Assembly (NCBI GenBank): GCA_028685755.1
Contig: JAQUDJ010000003.1
Coordinates: forward strand, 60,525 to 124,524
Length of the DNA stretch: 64,000 bases
Origin: Eubacteriales bacterium
Lineage (GTDB): Bacteria > Bacillota > Clostridia > Saccharofermentanales > UBA5734
Direction: 5' to 3'
The notes below the pieces were generated by a model. The model had not been told where the DNA came from, did no database searches, and was given only the letters and a program-made list of their open reading frames with translations. Numbering within the stretch: position 1 is the stretch's first letter; the number at the start of each line of letters is the position of its first letter. Below are positions 45,643 to 55,297 of the stretch, one piece after another. Position numbers and translations under genes: made by a program.

Positions 45643-45855
45643 ATGGCACTTTCTGAAGCAAAAGTCGGTCGTCTCATGGAAATCGCTCAGGTCAATGGGC
45701 CAGAAAAGATCCGCAAATTCCTGATGACACTCGGTTGTTTTGAAGGCGAGAACATCACATTGATCTCGGTCTTAGCTGGCAACTACATCGTTGCAGTTAA
45801 GGATAGCCGTTATGCGATCGATCGCAAGATGGCCCAAGCGATCCTATTGGTCTAA
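45643..45855 (+). CDS. feoA: ferrous iron transport protein A
   Basis: AAGGAG precedes ATG 45643. Small SH3-like FeoA pattern (G..I.L......G..IV.V). Confidence 0.85.
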   Translation: MALSEAKVGRLMEIAQVNGPEKIRKFLMTLGCFEGENITLISVLAGNYIVAVKDSRYAIDRKMAQAILLV

Positions 45856-45879
45856 GAACAGATTTGATCGAATGAACGC

Positions 45880-45901
45880 AAGCAGCATGTCTGCTTTTTT
45901 T
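45880..45901 (+). terminator. short hairpin plus T-run between feoA and feoB
   Basis: AAGCAG-CATGT-CTGCTT followed by T-rich sequence. Confidence 0.4.
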
Positions 45902-45913
45902 CATCCGATCGAA

Positions 45914-45928
45914 TGATAACAATTATCA
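45914..45928. promoter_or_regulatory. second Fur box (7-1-7, one mismatch)
   Basis: TGATAAC-A-ATTATCA, 38 nt upstream of the feoB start. Confidence 0.65.
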
Positions 45929-45965
45929 TTTAAAGTGATGGGTTTTCGTTCGAAAAGGAGTCGAT

Positions 45966-48020
45966 ATGATTAAAATTGCACTGGCGGGAAACCCGAATTC
46001 GGGCAAAACAACGCTGTTTAATGCGATAACTGGTAAAACTGAATATGTTGGCAACTGGCCTGGCGTTACGGTCGAAAAAAAAGAAGCCAATTTAAAACGC
46101 GAATTCAAGTCATACTCGTTAACCGGGGAAGGACATGGTCATGGCCATGGCAGTCAGCATGACCATGGCAGTCAGCATGGGCACGGTCATGTTCACGGAC
46201 ATCACCATGGAGCCGGCGAACGTAAGCATCAGGTACGCGTTGTCGATTTGCCTGGAGCTTATTCGCTCGCGCCATACACCAGCGAAGAAGCAATTGCCCG
46301 CGATTTTGTCACGGGAGAATCACCCGATGTGTTGATCAATATTATTGATGCATCGAGTTTAGAACGAAGTCTGTTCTTTACGACTCAATTGCTCGAACTC
46401 AATATCCCGCTCGTCATTGCTTTGAATAAGCAAGATTTAGTCAAGCGCAAAGGCAATGTGATAGATACCGAGCGCTTAGCCGCGTTGCTGCAATGCAGCA
46501 TTGTTGAAGTTGTCGCCAATACCGGTGAGGGATTGAAAACATTGACGGCTGCAGCGATCACCAGCGCCGGGCGCAAAACCCAACCGGCACCAGAATTTGC
46601 AGGTCGTGGCTCGCTGACCGAAGACCTTGACCGCCAGAGTTATGTGCGTCAATTGACAGACGCTGTGTTGAAACGCGGGCGAAATGCAAATGAACTAACA
46701 GTCTCGGATCGTGTCGATCGCATCGTTGCCCATACAGTATTCGGCTTGCCGATTTTTGGCCTGATCATGTGGGCGATCTATGCCCTCTCGATCAATGGCT
46801 TAGGGGGCTGGGCCTCAGGGTATTTAAATGACGTCTTATTTGCAAAGATCATTCCCAACGCGGTAAACGGATTCTTTGAACGTATTGGCGTCCACCCGCT
46901 CCTGCAATCCTTGATTGTTGACGGGGCTATCGGCGGAGTTGGCGCTGTTTTGGGCTTTTTGCCTCTCATCATGGTTTTGTTTTTCCTACTTGCATTGCTC
47001 GAAGATAGCGGCTACATGGCCCGTGTTGCGGTTGTCATGGATCGTTACTTCAAGCGAATCGGGCTGTCTGGAAAGTCGATGATCCCGATGATTGTCGGCA
47101 CGGGTTGCTCAATTCCCGGGATCATGGCCTCGCGGACTATTGAAGATGAGAATGAGCGCAAAGTCACGATTATTTTGACGCCGTTTGTCCCTTGTGGGGC
47201 AAAGCTCCCGATTATCGCCTTGTTTAGTGCGGTGTTCTTTCCGGGACAGACATGGGTTTTTCCAAGTATGTACGTGATTGCCGGTGCGCTGATTATCATG
47301 GGTGGACTTTTGCTGAAAAATATCTTTCCCTTTCAAAGTTCCTCCACATTTATTATCGAATTGCCCGAATATCGTCTGCCGAGCCTCAAGCACGCTTTGA
47401 GTCAGATGTATCGACAGGCTAAAGCGTTTATTATTAAAGCCTCGACGATCATTCTCGTCATGAACACGCTCGTCTGGTTTATGCAAACGTATAGTTGGTC
47501 ATTGCATGTGGTAGAAGATCCTAGCGCGAGTGTGCTCGCAACAATCGGGAGTATAATCGCGCCGCTGCTTATTCCACTAGGTTTTGCCGGCTGGCAAGCA
47601 GCAGCTGCGACATTGACCGGATTCATTGCAAAGGAAAATGTTGTCTCAACTTTTGCCATTGTGTTATCGGCATCGGACGACGCATTGATGTCAACCGCTA
47701 GCCCTTTAGTGAATTTGTTCACACCGGTCGCAGCCTTCGCATACTTGATTTTCAACTTATTCACCCCGCCCTGCTTTGCTGCGATCGGCGCCATGAACGC
47801 TGAAATTGGTGGACGCAAATGGCTCGCTCGTGCAATTTTCTTCCAATTGACAGTGGGATATACCTTGGCCATGCTAATCACACAGCTAGGGACACTGATT
47901 CTTTATGGTCATCTGGCCGCTGGGGCGATTCCTGCTGCCGTAATTTTCATCAGCATCATCGCGGTAGGCATCTATCTGATCCGCAAAAATCGCAATCAAT
48001 CTCTTCCAGGAGGACAATAA
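45966..48020 (+). CDS. feoB: ferrous iron transporter FeoB with a His-rich insertion in the G domain
   Basis: GNPNSGKTTLFN G1 motif, DLPG G3 motif and NKQD G4 motif, plus a polytopic C-terminal domain. Confidence 0.95.
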   Translation: MIKIALAGNPNSGKTTLFNAITGKTEYVGNWPGVTVEKKEANLKREFKSYSLTGEGHGHGHGSQHDHGSQHGHGHVHGHHHGAGERKHQVRVVDLPGAYSLAPYTSEEAIARDFVTGESPDVLINIIDASSLERSLFFTTQLLELNIPLVIALNKQDLVKRKGNVIDTERLAALLQCSIVEVVANTGEGLKTLTAAAITSAGRKTQPAPEFAGRGSLTEDLDRQSYVRQLTDAVLKRGRNANELTVSDRVDRIVAHTVFGLPIFGLIMWAIYALSINGLGGWASGYLNDVLFAKIIPNAVNGFFERIGVHPLLQSLIVDGAIGGVGAVLGFLPLIMVLFFLLALLEDSGYMARVAVVMDRYFKRIGLSGKSMIPMIVGTGCSIPGIMASRTIEDENERKVTIILTPFVPCGAKLPIIALFSAVFFPGQTWVFPSMYVIAGALIIMGGLLLKNIFPFQSSSTFIIELPEYRLPSLKHALSQMYRQAKAFIIKASTIILVMNTLVWFMQTYSWSLHVVEDPSASVLATIGSIIAPLLIPLGFAGWQAAAATLTGFIAKENVVSTFAIVLSASDDALMSTASPLVNLFTPVAAFAYLIFNLFTPPCFAAIGAMNAEIGGRKWLARAIFFQLTVGYTLAMLITQLGTLILYGHLAAGAIPAAVIFISIIAVGIYLIRKNRNQSLPGGQ

Positions 48021-48021
48021 C

Positions 48022-48168
48022 ATGCTCGCAACAATCATTACAGGGGTACTTTTTGCCGCACTCGTCGCCTACGGCCTTTATCGAACAATTGTCAGTTCCA
48101 AAAACAATTCCTGTGCAGGGTGCTCCGGCGGCTGCTCAGTTCAGCAGCAAAAAAACTGTAAACACTGA
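48022..48168 (+). CDS. FeoB-associated Cys-rich small membrane protein (48 aa)
   Basis: Not in the ORF track (under 60 aa). ATG lies 2 nt after the feoB stop, with GGAGG upstream. It has one TM helix and then CAGCSGGC...C. Confidence 0.65.
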   Translation: MLATIITGVLFAALVAYGLYRTIVSSKNNSCAGCSGGCSVQQQKNCKH

Positions 48169-48179
48169 AAGGAAAGCGC

Positions 48180-48617
48180 ATGACGGATTTTAAAGAGAAG
48201 CTTAACGATCAAAGCTATAAATTGACCGGCCAGCGCCAAGCAGTTCTGGACATTTTGACATTGCATCATGAAGAACATCTGAGTGCTGATCAGATCCATA
48301 AATTATTAGAAGAACAAAAAGGCGGCGTTGGTATTGCAACCGTCTATCGAACTTTACAATTATTAGAAAAGCTGAAGTTGATCAGTCGAATCTACCTTGA
48401 TGACGGTTGCACGCGATACCAGATCCACCTCGAAACCGAAAAGCATGAACATCACCACTTGATTTGCAATCGGTGTGGTCATGTTGAGGACTTTCAAGAC
48501 GATCTTCTCGACCCTTTAGAGCAGCAGGTTTTTGAGCAATACGGATTTCGAGTTTTCGATCACCGGGTCAAGTTTTATGGAATCTGCCGCACCTGTTTGA
48601 ACGTGCAGGTGAACTAA
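48180..48617 (+). CDS. fur: Fur-family metalloregulator
   Basis: wHTH region, HEHHHLICNRCG and CRTC motifs. Adjacent to feoAB. Confidence 0.85.
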   Translation: MTDFKEKLNDQSYKLTGQRQAVLDILTLHHEEHLSADQIHKLLEEQKGGVGIATVYRTLQLLEKLKLISRIYLDDGCTRYQIHLETEKHEHHHLICNRCGHVEDFQDDLLDPLEQQVFEQYGFRVFDHRVKFYGICRTCLNVQVN

Positions 48618-48682
48618 GCGGCTGAACTCTGTTACAATGGTCACTGATTTCATTCCATTTTAATAAATCAGGGGATCATCAG

Positions 48683-50236
48683 ATGAGTTTATTGAACGTA
48701 GAACGACTTAGTCATGGCTTTGGCGACCGAGCCATTTTTGAAGATATCTCATTTCGCTTATTGAAAGGCGAACATGTTGGCCTGTTTGGCGCGAATGGCG
48801 AGGGTAAATCGACCTTCATGAACATCGTCACCGGCCATATGGAGCCCGATGAGGGAACTATTCAATGGGGGACAGGGGTAGAAGCTGGTTACCTAGACCA
48901 ACATTCAAAACTCAAACCAGGCCTTTCAATTCGCGATGTTTTAAAGCAGGCGTTTGATCATCTCAATGCCAAGGAAGCTCGTCTTGAAGAAATCTATGTG
49001 TTGTTAGGCGAAGCGGATGAAACTGCGATGCATGTACTGATGGAAGAAATGGGTGAATTGCAGACCCAGATCGAACACAGTGACTTTTTTCTCATGGACT
49101 CCAAAATTGAAGAAACTGCGGACGCTTTAGGCCTGTTAGACTTTGGTCTTGAGACCGATGTTTCAGCGCTCAGCGGTGGCCAGCGCAGCAAAGTCTTATT
49201 GGGCAAACTATTGCTCGAAAAGCCGGATATCTTGCTTCTAGATGAACCGACCAACTATCTTGACGTTGAACATATTGACTGGCTCAAACAGTACCTGCTC
49301 AATTATGAAAACGCTTTTATTTTGATCTCCCACGATGTGGCCTTTATGAATAGCGTCATCAATGTGGTATATCATGTTAGCAATTGTCGCCTCGACCGCT
49401 ATGTTGGTGATTATGATCATTTTCTCGAAGTGTATGATATGCAGAAGGCTCAGCGCGAAGACGCTTATGAGCGCCAACAGAAAGAAATCGCCAACCTGAA
49501 AGATTTTGTCGCGCGCAACAAAGCCCGCGTATCGACGCGTAATATGGCAATGAGTCGGCAGAAGAAAATCGACAAAATGGATGTGATCGAGCTCGATAAA
49601 GAGAAGCCGGTTCCGATTTTTTCATTTCAAATGGATCGCACGCCAGGTCGAATCATCTTTGAAGCAAAAAATTTAGTCATCGGCTACGATGAGCCCTTGA
49701 GCCGGCCACTGGATTTACGACTTGAACGTGGCCAGAAGATCTCACTCGTCGGGGCAAACGGGATTGGTAAAACTACCTTGCTGAAGAGTTTGCTTGGGAT
49801 CATCTCTGCGATTTCCGGTGAACACCAGCAAGGGGAGCACTTGTCGATTGGCTATTTCGCGCAGGAAAGCGTGGCAGACACCTCGATGACCTGTTTGCAA
49901 TCACTAGGCCATGATTTTCCCGCGTTGAGTATTGCTGAATTGCGTTCCGCCTTGGCCCGTTGCGGATTGACCAATAAACATATCGATAGTAAGGTTGCTG
50001 TTTTGAGCGGGGGCGAACAAGCGAAACTGCGCCTCAGCAAGCTAATGAATCGCAAGCATAATGTGTTGGTTCTTGACGAACCGACCAACCACTTAGACGT
50101 CATTGCCAAGGACGTCTTGAAGACCGCACTGCAGCATTATTCAGGCACGATTTTGATGGTCAGCCATGAGCCCGAATTCTATCAGGATATAGTCACTGGA
50201 ACATGGGATGCCCGTGAATGGGCGCTCAAACTCTAA
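48683..50236 (+). CDS. ABC-F family ATPase (two ABC domains, no TM domain)
   Basis: GANGEGKST and GANGIGKTT Walker A motifs, two LSGG signatures and an inter-domain linker. Confidence 0.9.
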   Translation: MSLLNVERLSHGFGDRAIFEDISFRLLKGEHVGLFGANGEGKSTFMNIVTGHMEPDEGTIQWGTGVEAGYLDQHSKLKPGLSIRDVLKQAFDHLNAKEARLEEIYVLLGEADETAMHVLMEEMGELQTQIEHSDFFLMDSKIEETADALGLLDFGLETDVSALSGGQRSKVLLGKLLLEKPDILLLDEPTNYLDVEHIDWLKQYLLNYENAFILISHDVAFMNSVINVVYHVSNCRLDRYVGDYDHFLEVYDMQKAQREDAYERQQKEIANLKDFVARNKARVSTRNMAMSRQKKIDKMDVIELDKEKPVPIFSFQMDRTPGRIIFEAKNLVIGYDEPLSRPLDLRLERGQKISLVGANGIGKTTLLKSLLGIISAISGEHQQGEHLSIGYFAQESVADTSMTCLQSLGHDFPALSIAELRSALARCGLTNKHIDSKVAVLSGGEQAKLRLSKLMNRKHNVLVLDEPTNHLDVIAKDVLKTALQHYSGTILMVSHEPEFYQDIVTGTWDAREWALKL

Positions 50237-50258
50237 TCTCAGCAGGGGAGCCTTTATC

Positions 50259-50759
50259 ATGAAAATGACCAAGCGCCAAGGGGTCACGCCGCGTTCGAGT
50301 CGCTTCAAAAACACGATGCAATTCATCAAATTCACGCTTTTTTCTGCTACGGCGGGGATCATTCAAGTGGCGAGTTTTTCGCTGCTTAATGAACTGGCCC
50401 ACTTGCCTTATTGGCCAGCCTATTTGATTGCCTTGATCCTGTCAGTCGTCTACAACTTCACCATCAATCGCCGTTTAACCTTTCGCTCGACCACGCATTA
50501 CTCGCGTGCCATGCTCAAAGTTTTTGGCTATTACCTCGTGTTTACACCGCTTTCGACGTGGTGGGGCGACCGCCTGACGACGATTGGCTGGAATGAATAC
50601 ATTGTGCTAATTGGCACGATGCTGATCAATTTCATTACGGAATATCTGTTCTCGCGCTATGTCGTCTTTCGTGGCAGCATCGACAGCATTGACAACACGG
50701 ACAGCATCGACACGGCGGCCAACGTTACAGGAACAAGCAATCCCAACATTGTCAGCTAA
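50259..50759 (+). CDS. GtrA-family membrane protein
   Basis: GGGGAG precedes ATG 50259. FIKFTLFSATAGIIQ and a four-TM pattern. Confidence 0.75.
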   Translation: MKMTKRQGVTPRSSRFKNTMQFIKFTLFSATAGIIQVASFSLLNELAHLPYWPAYLIALILSVVYNFTINRRLTFRSTTHYSRAMLKVFGYYLVFTPLSTWWGDRLTTIGWNEYIVLIGTMLINFITEYLFSRYVVFRGSIDSIDNTDSIDTAANVTGTSNPNIVS

Positions 50760-50802
50760 ACAGACTAAGTTCCCGCTTATTTGAAGCAAGCCAGGAGTTT
50801 GC

Positions 50803-51468
50803 ATGGAAACTGTTCAATTAATCAAGGCCTTTAGCCAAATTCAGCCGTTTGCTCAGCTCGAAGCAGCTGTTATTCAACGCTTATACGCGGAATTGTTGAT
50901 CCATTGGCATACCTTGGAAAAGGGTCAAGTGCTCCACATGCAAAATGAAATATGCGATCACTTGGATGTGATTATCGAAGGTCAAATTGCCATTCAAAAT
51001 ATCGATGCCGATGGTAATTTGCTAACAATCCAGGTCTTTTCCGATCGTGATCTCTTAGGTGCCAATTTAATATTTTCGAGTCGCAACCGTTACCCCATGC
51101 TGGCGACCGCCCAGCAAAAATCAATCGTAGCGCATGTCCCGCGACAATTGATCCTCGACTTGTGCCGTCAAAACGAAGCCTTTATGACTTCGCTGTTGCA
51201 ATCGATTTCCGACCGTAGCATCTTGTTAACCGATAAAATTCAATCCATTGCTTTAAAAAGTATTCGCAAGTCACTGATAGAATTCCTTCAATATGAAAGC
51301 GCGATTCAGAATAGCCGCCAAGTCAAACTTTCAATGAGTAAGAAAGATCTCGCCGAACGATTTGGTGTTGAACGAACGTCGTTGAGCCGCGAACTCGACA
51401 AAATGCGCAGAGATGGTTTAGTCGTTTTTGACGCACGATCGATCACGCTGCTTGAAAGCGTTCAATAA
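50803..51468 (+). CDS. Crp/Fnr-family transcriptional regulator
   Basis: cNMP-binding-like fold and C-terminal HTH KKDLAERFGVERTSLSRELDKM. Confidence 0.8.
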   Translation: METVQLIKAFSQIQPFAQLEAAVIQRLYAELLIHWHTLEKGQVLHMQNEICDHLDVIIEGQIAIQNIDADGNLLTIQVFSDRDLLGANLIFSSRNRYPMLATAQQKSIVAHVPRQLILDLCRQNEAFMTSLLQSISDRSILLTDKIQSIALKSIRKSLIEFLQYESAIQNSRQVKLSMSKKDLAERFGVERTSLSRELDKMRRDGLVVFDARSITLLESVQ

Positions 51469-51572
51469 TTTTACGCAAAACAGGAAGTCAATTTTATTTA
51501 ATAGTTACCACGGAAACACTAAGGGGTCTTCAAACACCAGTATGCTGTTGCTATTACGCTACGGAGGTTGTC

Positions 51573-52055
51573 ATGGATATCTTTACTTTAGGGTTTTTGA
51601 TCGTATCGGTTATATTAGCAACAATTGCGCTGATTCGCGACCGCCAAAAAACAGTTGCAGCGATGAGAAAATCAAAAGGCATGATGGGCAATATGCTCGG
51701 TGAAATCATCGCCATTATTTTTCTAATCGGACTCGTGCTGACCTTTATCCCGCCGGCAACAATCAGCGATGTACTGGGCTCATCCAATGTCCAACTATCA
51801 ACCGTGCTGGCGGCTTTGGCCGGGAGCATCACCCTGATCCCCGCATTTGTGGCTTTTCCCCTTGTTGGCTCCCTAGTCGATGCTGGGGCGAGCATTATTC
51901 CATCCGTCGCATTTTTAACCACGCTCACCATGGTCGGTGTTGTCACCTTCCCACTGGAGAAAAAGGAATTTGGTTTAAAATTTGCGGTATCACGCAACCT
52001 GCTAAGCTTTGTCTTTGCCTTGCTGATCGCACTGGGAATGGGGGTCATTTTATGA
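51573..52055 (+). CDS. half-size permease (COG0701-like), first subunit
   Basis: Four to five TM helices and a GSITLIPAFVAFPL motif. Overlaps the next gene by 4 nt. Confidence 0.6.
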   Translation: MDIFTLGFLIVSVILATIALIRDRQKTVAAMRKSKGMMGNMLGEIIAIIFLIGLVLTFIPPATISDVLGSSNVQLSTVLAALAGSITLIPAFVAFPLVGSLVDAGASIIPSVAFLTTLTMVGVVTFPLEKKEFGLKFAVSRNLLSFVFALLIALGMGVIL

Positions 52056-52780
52056 CAACAGTCGGAAATCTCATCAAAAAAAATAAACTCATGGTGATTG
52101 TCGCGCTCATCTATCTCGCACTCTTAGCGGTAAGTCCCGACAAGGCAACGTCTTCCTTCAACAACAGTATCTACTATCTTAAGGAAATGCTCCAAGTATT
52201 ACCGATCATCTTTCTGTTAACGGTGGTTATTGAAGCGTGGATTCCCAAGGAATTGATCATTCGTCACTTTGGTGAAAAATCTGGTTGGATGGGCAATCTT
52301 TTATCCCTCTTGCTCGGCAGCCTCTCGGCTGGCCCAATTTACGCTGCATTTCCAATCAGCAAAGCCCTGCTCGGCAAAGGTGCGAGCATTTCCAACGTCG
52401 TGATTATTTTAAGTGCCTGGGCGGTCATCAAATTTCCAATGTTGGCTAACGAAGCCAAATTTCTCGGTGTTGAATTTATGGCGGCCCGGTGGGTCTTAAC
52501 CGTCCTCGCGATTCTTTTAATGGCTTGGCTAGTCGGTAAATTCGTTAAAAAGTCAGATTTACCGGCGCCAGAAAAAACGGACAGTTTGGTTGTCATACGC
52601 CAGGATTACTGTATTGGCTGCGGTATTTGTGCCAAAATGATGCCGATGGTTTATGAAATGCAAGAAAACAAGGCCGTGGTTCGCGCAGATGCGCCCACGT
52701 TGATGCCTCCTGAAAAAATCAGGCAAACCGTCCAAAAATGTCCGACAAAAGCGATCACATACACGGGCAAGGAAAAATAA
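52052..52780 (+). CDS. half-size permease (COG0701-like) fused to a C-terminal single-cluster ferredoxin domain
   Basis: GSLSAGPIYAAFPI motif homologous to the first subunit. The C-terminus reads CIGCGICAKMMP...CPTKAI. Confidence 0.6.
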   Translation: MTTVGNLIKKNKLMVIVALIYLALLAVSPDKATSSFNNSIYYLKEMLQVLPIIFLLTVVIEAWIPKELIIRHFGEKSGWMGNLLSLLLGSLSAGPIYAAFPISKALLGKGASISNVVIILSAWAVIKFPMLANEAKFLGVEFMAARWVLTVLAILLMAWLVGKFVKKSDLPAPEKTDSLVVIRQDYCIGCGICAKMMPMVYEMQENKAVVRADAPTLMPPEKIRQTVQKCPTKAITYTGKEK

Positions 52781-52803
52781 TTTACTCGTAAGAAAAAATA
52801 AAC

Positions 52804-53643
52804 TTACTCGTGATGAACCTTGTGGCTATGCTTGGACTTTTGCAAGTGTCCATGCGTCGCCATAAAGGCTAAATAAACCAAGGTGCTGAGCACAATGATA
52901 CCAACACCCGATGGAATGTTGATGTAGTAAGAGATCGTCAGACCGATTATGCTGAACAAAAAGGCAAAGAGTATCGAGAACAAAATGACTTTGCGAATCG
53001 ACTGAAACAGTATTTTGGAAATCGAGACGGGTATCGTCATCAGTGAGATGGTCAGCGTGATGCCGACTGTTTTGATCAAAACCATGATGCCGATTGGCAA
53101 AATCAAATAGACGATATTTTGCAAAAATCCGGTGCGGACCCCGCGGGCTGCCGCATATTCTTCATCGAATAAATAAAGCGTAAGGTGATTGTAGTAAAGC
53201 ACAAAAACCGCGACAATCAGAACCGTGATGATCGCCATGTAAATCAAGTAATCATTTTTGATCGCTAGAATATTGCCAAATAAATAACTCGTCATATCTG
53301 GCATATAGCCAGGGGCGAGAGAGATGAAAAGAATGCCTAAGGCCATACCGAATGACCATAGAATGCCCGTCATGGTGTCGGCTTTCATCTTTGATTTTTC
53401 AGGCATTTTGCTAATAAGAAGCGACGAGCCAATTGCAAAGGCCAGGCCGGTGATAATCGGCTCAATACCGATGAGATAGCCAAGGCCGATCCCGCCAAAT
53501 GAGGCATGGGCAATCCCGCCGGACATGCTGATGAGTTTTTTCTCAATCGCAATCGTGCCGATAATCCCGACGACGATACTGGTTAAGAGTGCGGCTAAAA
53601 AGGCATTGCGCATGAAGTTATATTCAAGAATTGCTGCGATCAT
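52804..53643 (-). CDS. znuB: metal (Zn/Mn-type) ABC transporter permease with His-rich C-terminal tail
   Basis: Polytopic ZnuB/MntB-like sequence. The tail reads HGHLQKSKHSHKVHHE. Confidence 0.85.
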   Translation of the reverse strand: MIAAILEYNFMRNAFLAALLTSIVVGIIGTIAIEKKLISMSGGIAHASFGGIGLGYLIGIEPIITGLAFAIGSSLLISKMPEKSKMKADTMTGILWSFGMALGILFISLAPGYMPDMTSYLFGNILAIKNDYLIYMAIITVLIVAVFVLYYNHLTLYLFDEEYAAARGVRTGFLQNIVYLILPIGIMVLIKTVGITLTISLMTIPVSISKILFQSIRKVILFSILFAFLFSIIGLTISYYINIPSGVGIIVLSTLVYLAFMATHGHLQKSKHSHKVHHE

Positions 53644-54317
53644 CGAATCAACCCATCTTTCAATTGTTCTTTCAAGTCTTGGGGCTTGAGGTACTCTGTA
53701 ACGGTGCCTCGGACGTACAATGCCCGATCTGCGATATCGAGCATCTCGTTGATGTGATGGCTCGCCATGATGATCGTTTTTTCGGATTTGAGACGATTCA
53801 ACACAGTGTATAACTCGTGCGTTGCATCAATATCGAGGTTGGCGTCCGGTTCGTCGAGGGCGATAATATCCGCATCAGCAGCCAGAGCTCGGGCAATAAT
53901 CACGCGCCGTAATTGGCCGCCAGATAACTGGCCGATCCCGCGCTTTTCAAGTCCACTTAAGTTGACTTTTTCGATGGCATCGAAAGCTTTTTGCTTTTGG
54001 TCAACCGTATAATGTGCTAAGGGTGCGATTTTGACCCCCAAAGTGCCCATTAGAACAGCTTCCCAGACAGTGAGTGGAAAGGCTGTTTCGAACGACGGTG
54101 TCTGGGGCACGTAGGCGATTGTGCGCTCGCAGTGAATATGGCCAGACTCAGGATGCAAAAGCCCCGTCAACAGTTTGAGCAAGGTGCTCTTGCCACCACC
54201 GTTCGGTCCGACGAGCGCCGTTAAAGTTTTTTCTTGAATGGAAAAATTGACTTCGCCCAAGGCACAGACTTGAGCATAGCAAAATCGAATATCTGAGAAC
54301 GTAATGAGATTATGCAT
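53640..54317 (-). CDS. znuC: metal ABC transporter ATP-binding protein
   Basis: GPNGGGKST Walker A, LSGGQLRRV signature and LDEPD Walker B. Confidence 0.9.
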   Translation of the reverse strand: MHNLITFSDIRFCYAQVCALGEVNFSIQEKTLTALVGPNGGGKSTLLKLLTGLLHPESGHIHCERTIAYVPQTPSFETAFPLTVWEAVLMGTLGVKIAPLAHYTVDQKQKAFDAIEKVNLSGLEKRGIGQLSGGQLRRVIIARALAADADIIALDEPDANLDIDATHELYTVLNRLKSEKTIIMASHHINEMLDIADRALYVRGTVTEYLKPQDLKEQLKDGLIR

Positions 54318-54344
54318 GATCAGCTAGCGTGTCCTTTCGGGAGC

Positions 54345-55289
54345 TCATTCTACATCGATTAGCGCTTGGGCAATTTGGCGCAGGGATTCGATATAGTCAG
54401 GCGACAGCGGGGCGACTTTCAAAACAGTGCCACCCATTTCAGCGGCGACGGTCTGAGCTTGTTGGTCATCAAACTCTGCCTGATAAAAAACGGTTTTGAT
54501 CTGGTTGGCCTTGGCATAATCGATTACACTTTGAAGCTCGGTAGCCGTTGCTTGTTTGCCGGCAATTTCGATCGCGACCATATTTAGGCCATAATCTGCG
54601 GCGAAATAGGCATATGATCCATGATAAATCAAAAAGGAGCGTTGTTCGAGTGTGGCCAATTGCTTTTGCAAATCAGAATCGAGTTCAGTTAATTCAGCGA
54701 TATAGGCTGCGGCATTTTGCTGATAGGTTTGACGATTTGCTTCATCAAGCAAAGCTAACTCATCAGCAATACGTTGAACCATGACAATGACGCGTTTAGG
54801 GGAGAGCCACACATGGGGATCTTCACTGCCCGCTTCGTGTACGTGATCTGCTTCGACTGTGACAGGCTCTGCAGCATGTGCTTCATTCGAGTATTGTTCA
54901 TCGTGTGATTCTGCAACTAATACAGGCGCATAGACCGCCTCGGCTGCAAGTCGCAAATCGACAACCTTCAAGTCCTGGTTAAAATCGCCGAGCTTGGGCA
55001 AAATGTACGCAGTTTCGGTTGGCATACTCAACGTGAAATAGATGGCAGCCTTCTCTAAGGCTTGCATGTCCAAAACACTGGTTTGGTAATTTTCGGGACT
55101 ATTACCGGGTGGGATCATGGTGGTAATTGAAACCAGATCGCCACCAACTTTTTCGACAAATGTGGCTTGGGGAACAATGCCTACCGCAACATTGATCCTC
55201 GTTGACGTATCAACAGGCTGTTGCGTACATCCGGTAAAGAGAAAAAGCGCCATGGCGCTGATGATTAAAAGTAAAAGTGGCTTTCTCAT
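54345..55289 (-). CDS. znuA: metal ABC transporter substrate-binding lipoprotein (cluster A-I, ZnuA/AdcA-like) with acidic/His-rich loop
   Basis: Lipobox LFTGC, DPHVWLSP motif and loop ESHDEQYSNEAHAAEPVTVEADHVHEAGSEDPH. Confidence 0.9.
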   Translation of the reverse strand: MRKPLLLLIISAMALFLFTGCTQQPVDTSTRINVAVGIVPQATFVEKVGGDLVSITTMIPPGNSPENYQTSVLDMQALEKAAIYFTLSMPTETAYILPKLGDFNQDLKVVDLRLAAEAVYAPVLVAESHDEQYSNEAHAAEPVTVEADHVHEAGSEDPHVWLSPKRVIVMVQRIADELALLDEANRQTYQQNAAAYIAELTELDSDLQKQLATLEQRSFLIYHGSYAYFAADYGLNMVAIEIAGKQATATELQSVIDYAKANQIKTVFYQAEFDDQQAQTVAAEMGGTVLKVAPLSPDYIESLRQIAQALIDVE

Positions 55290-55297
55290 AAAACAAA

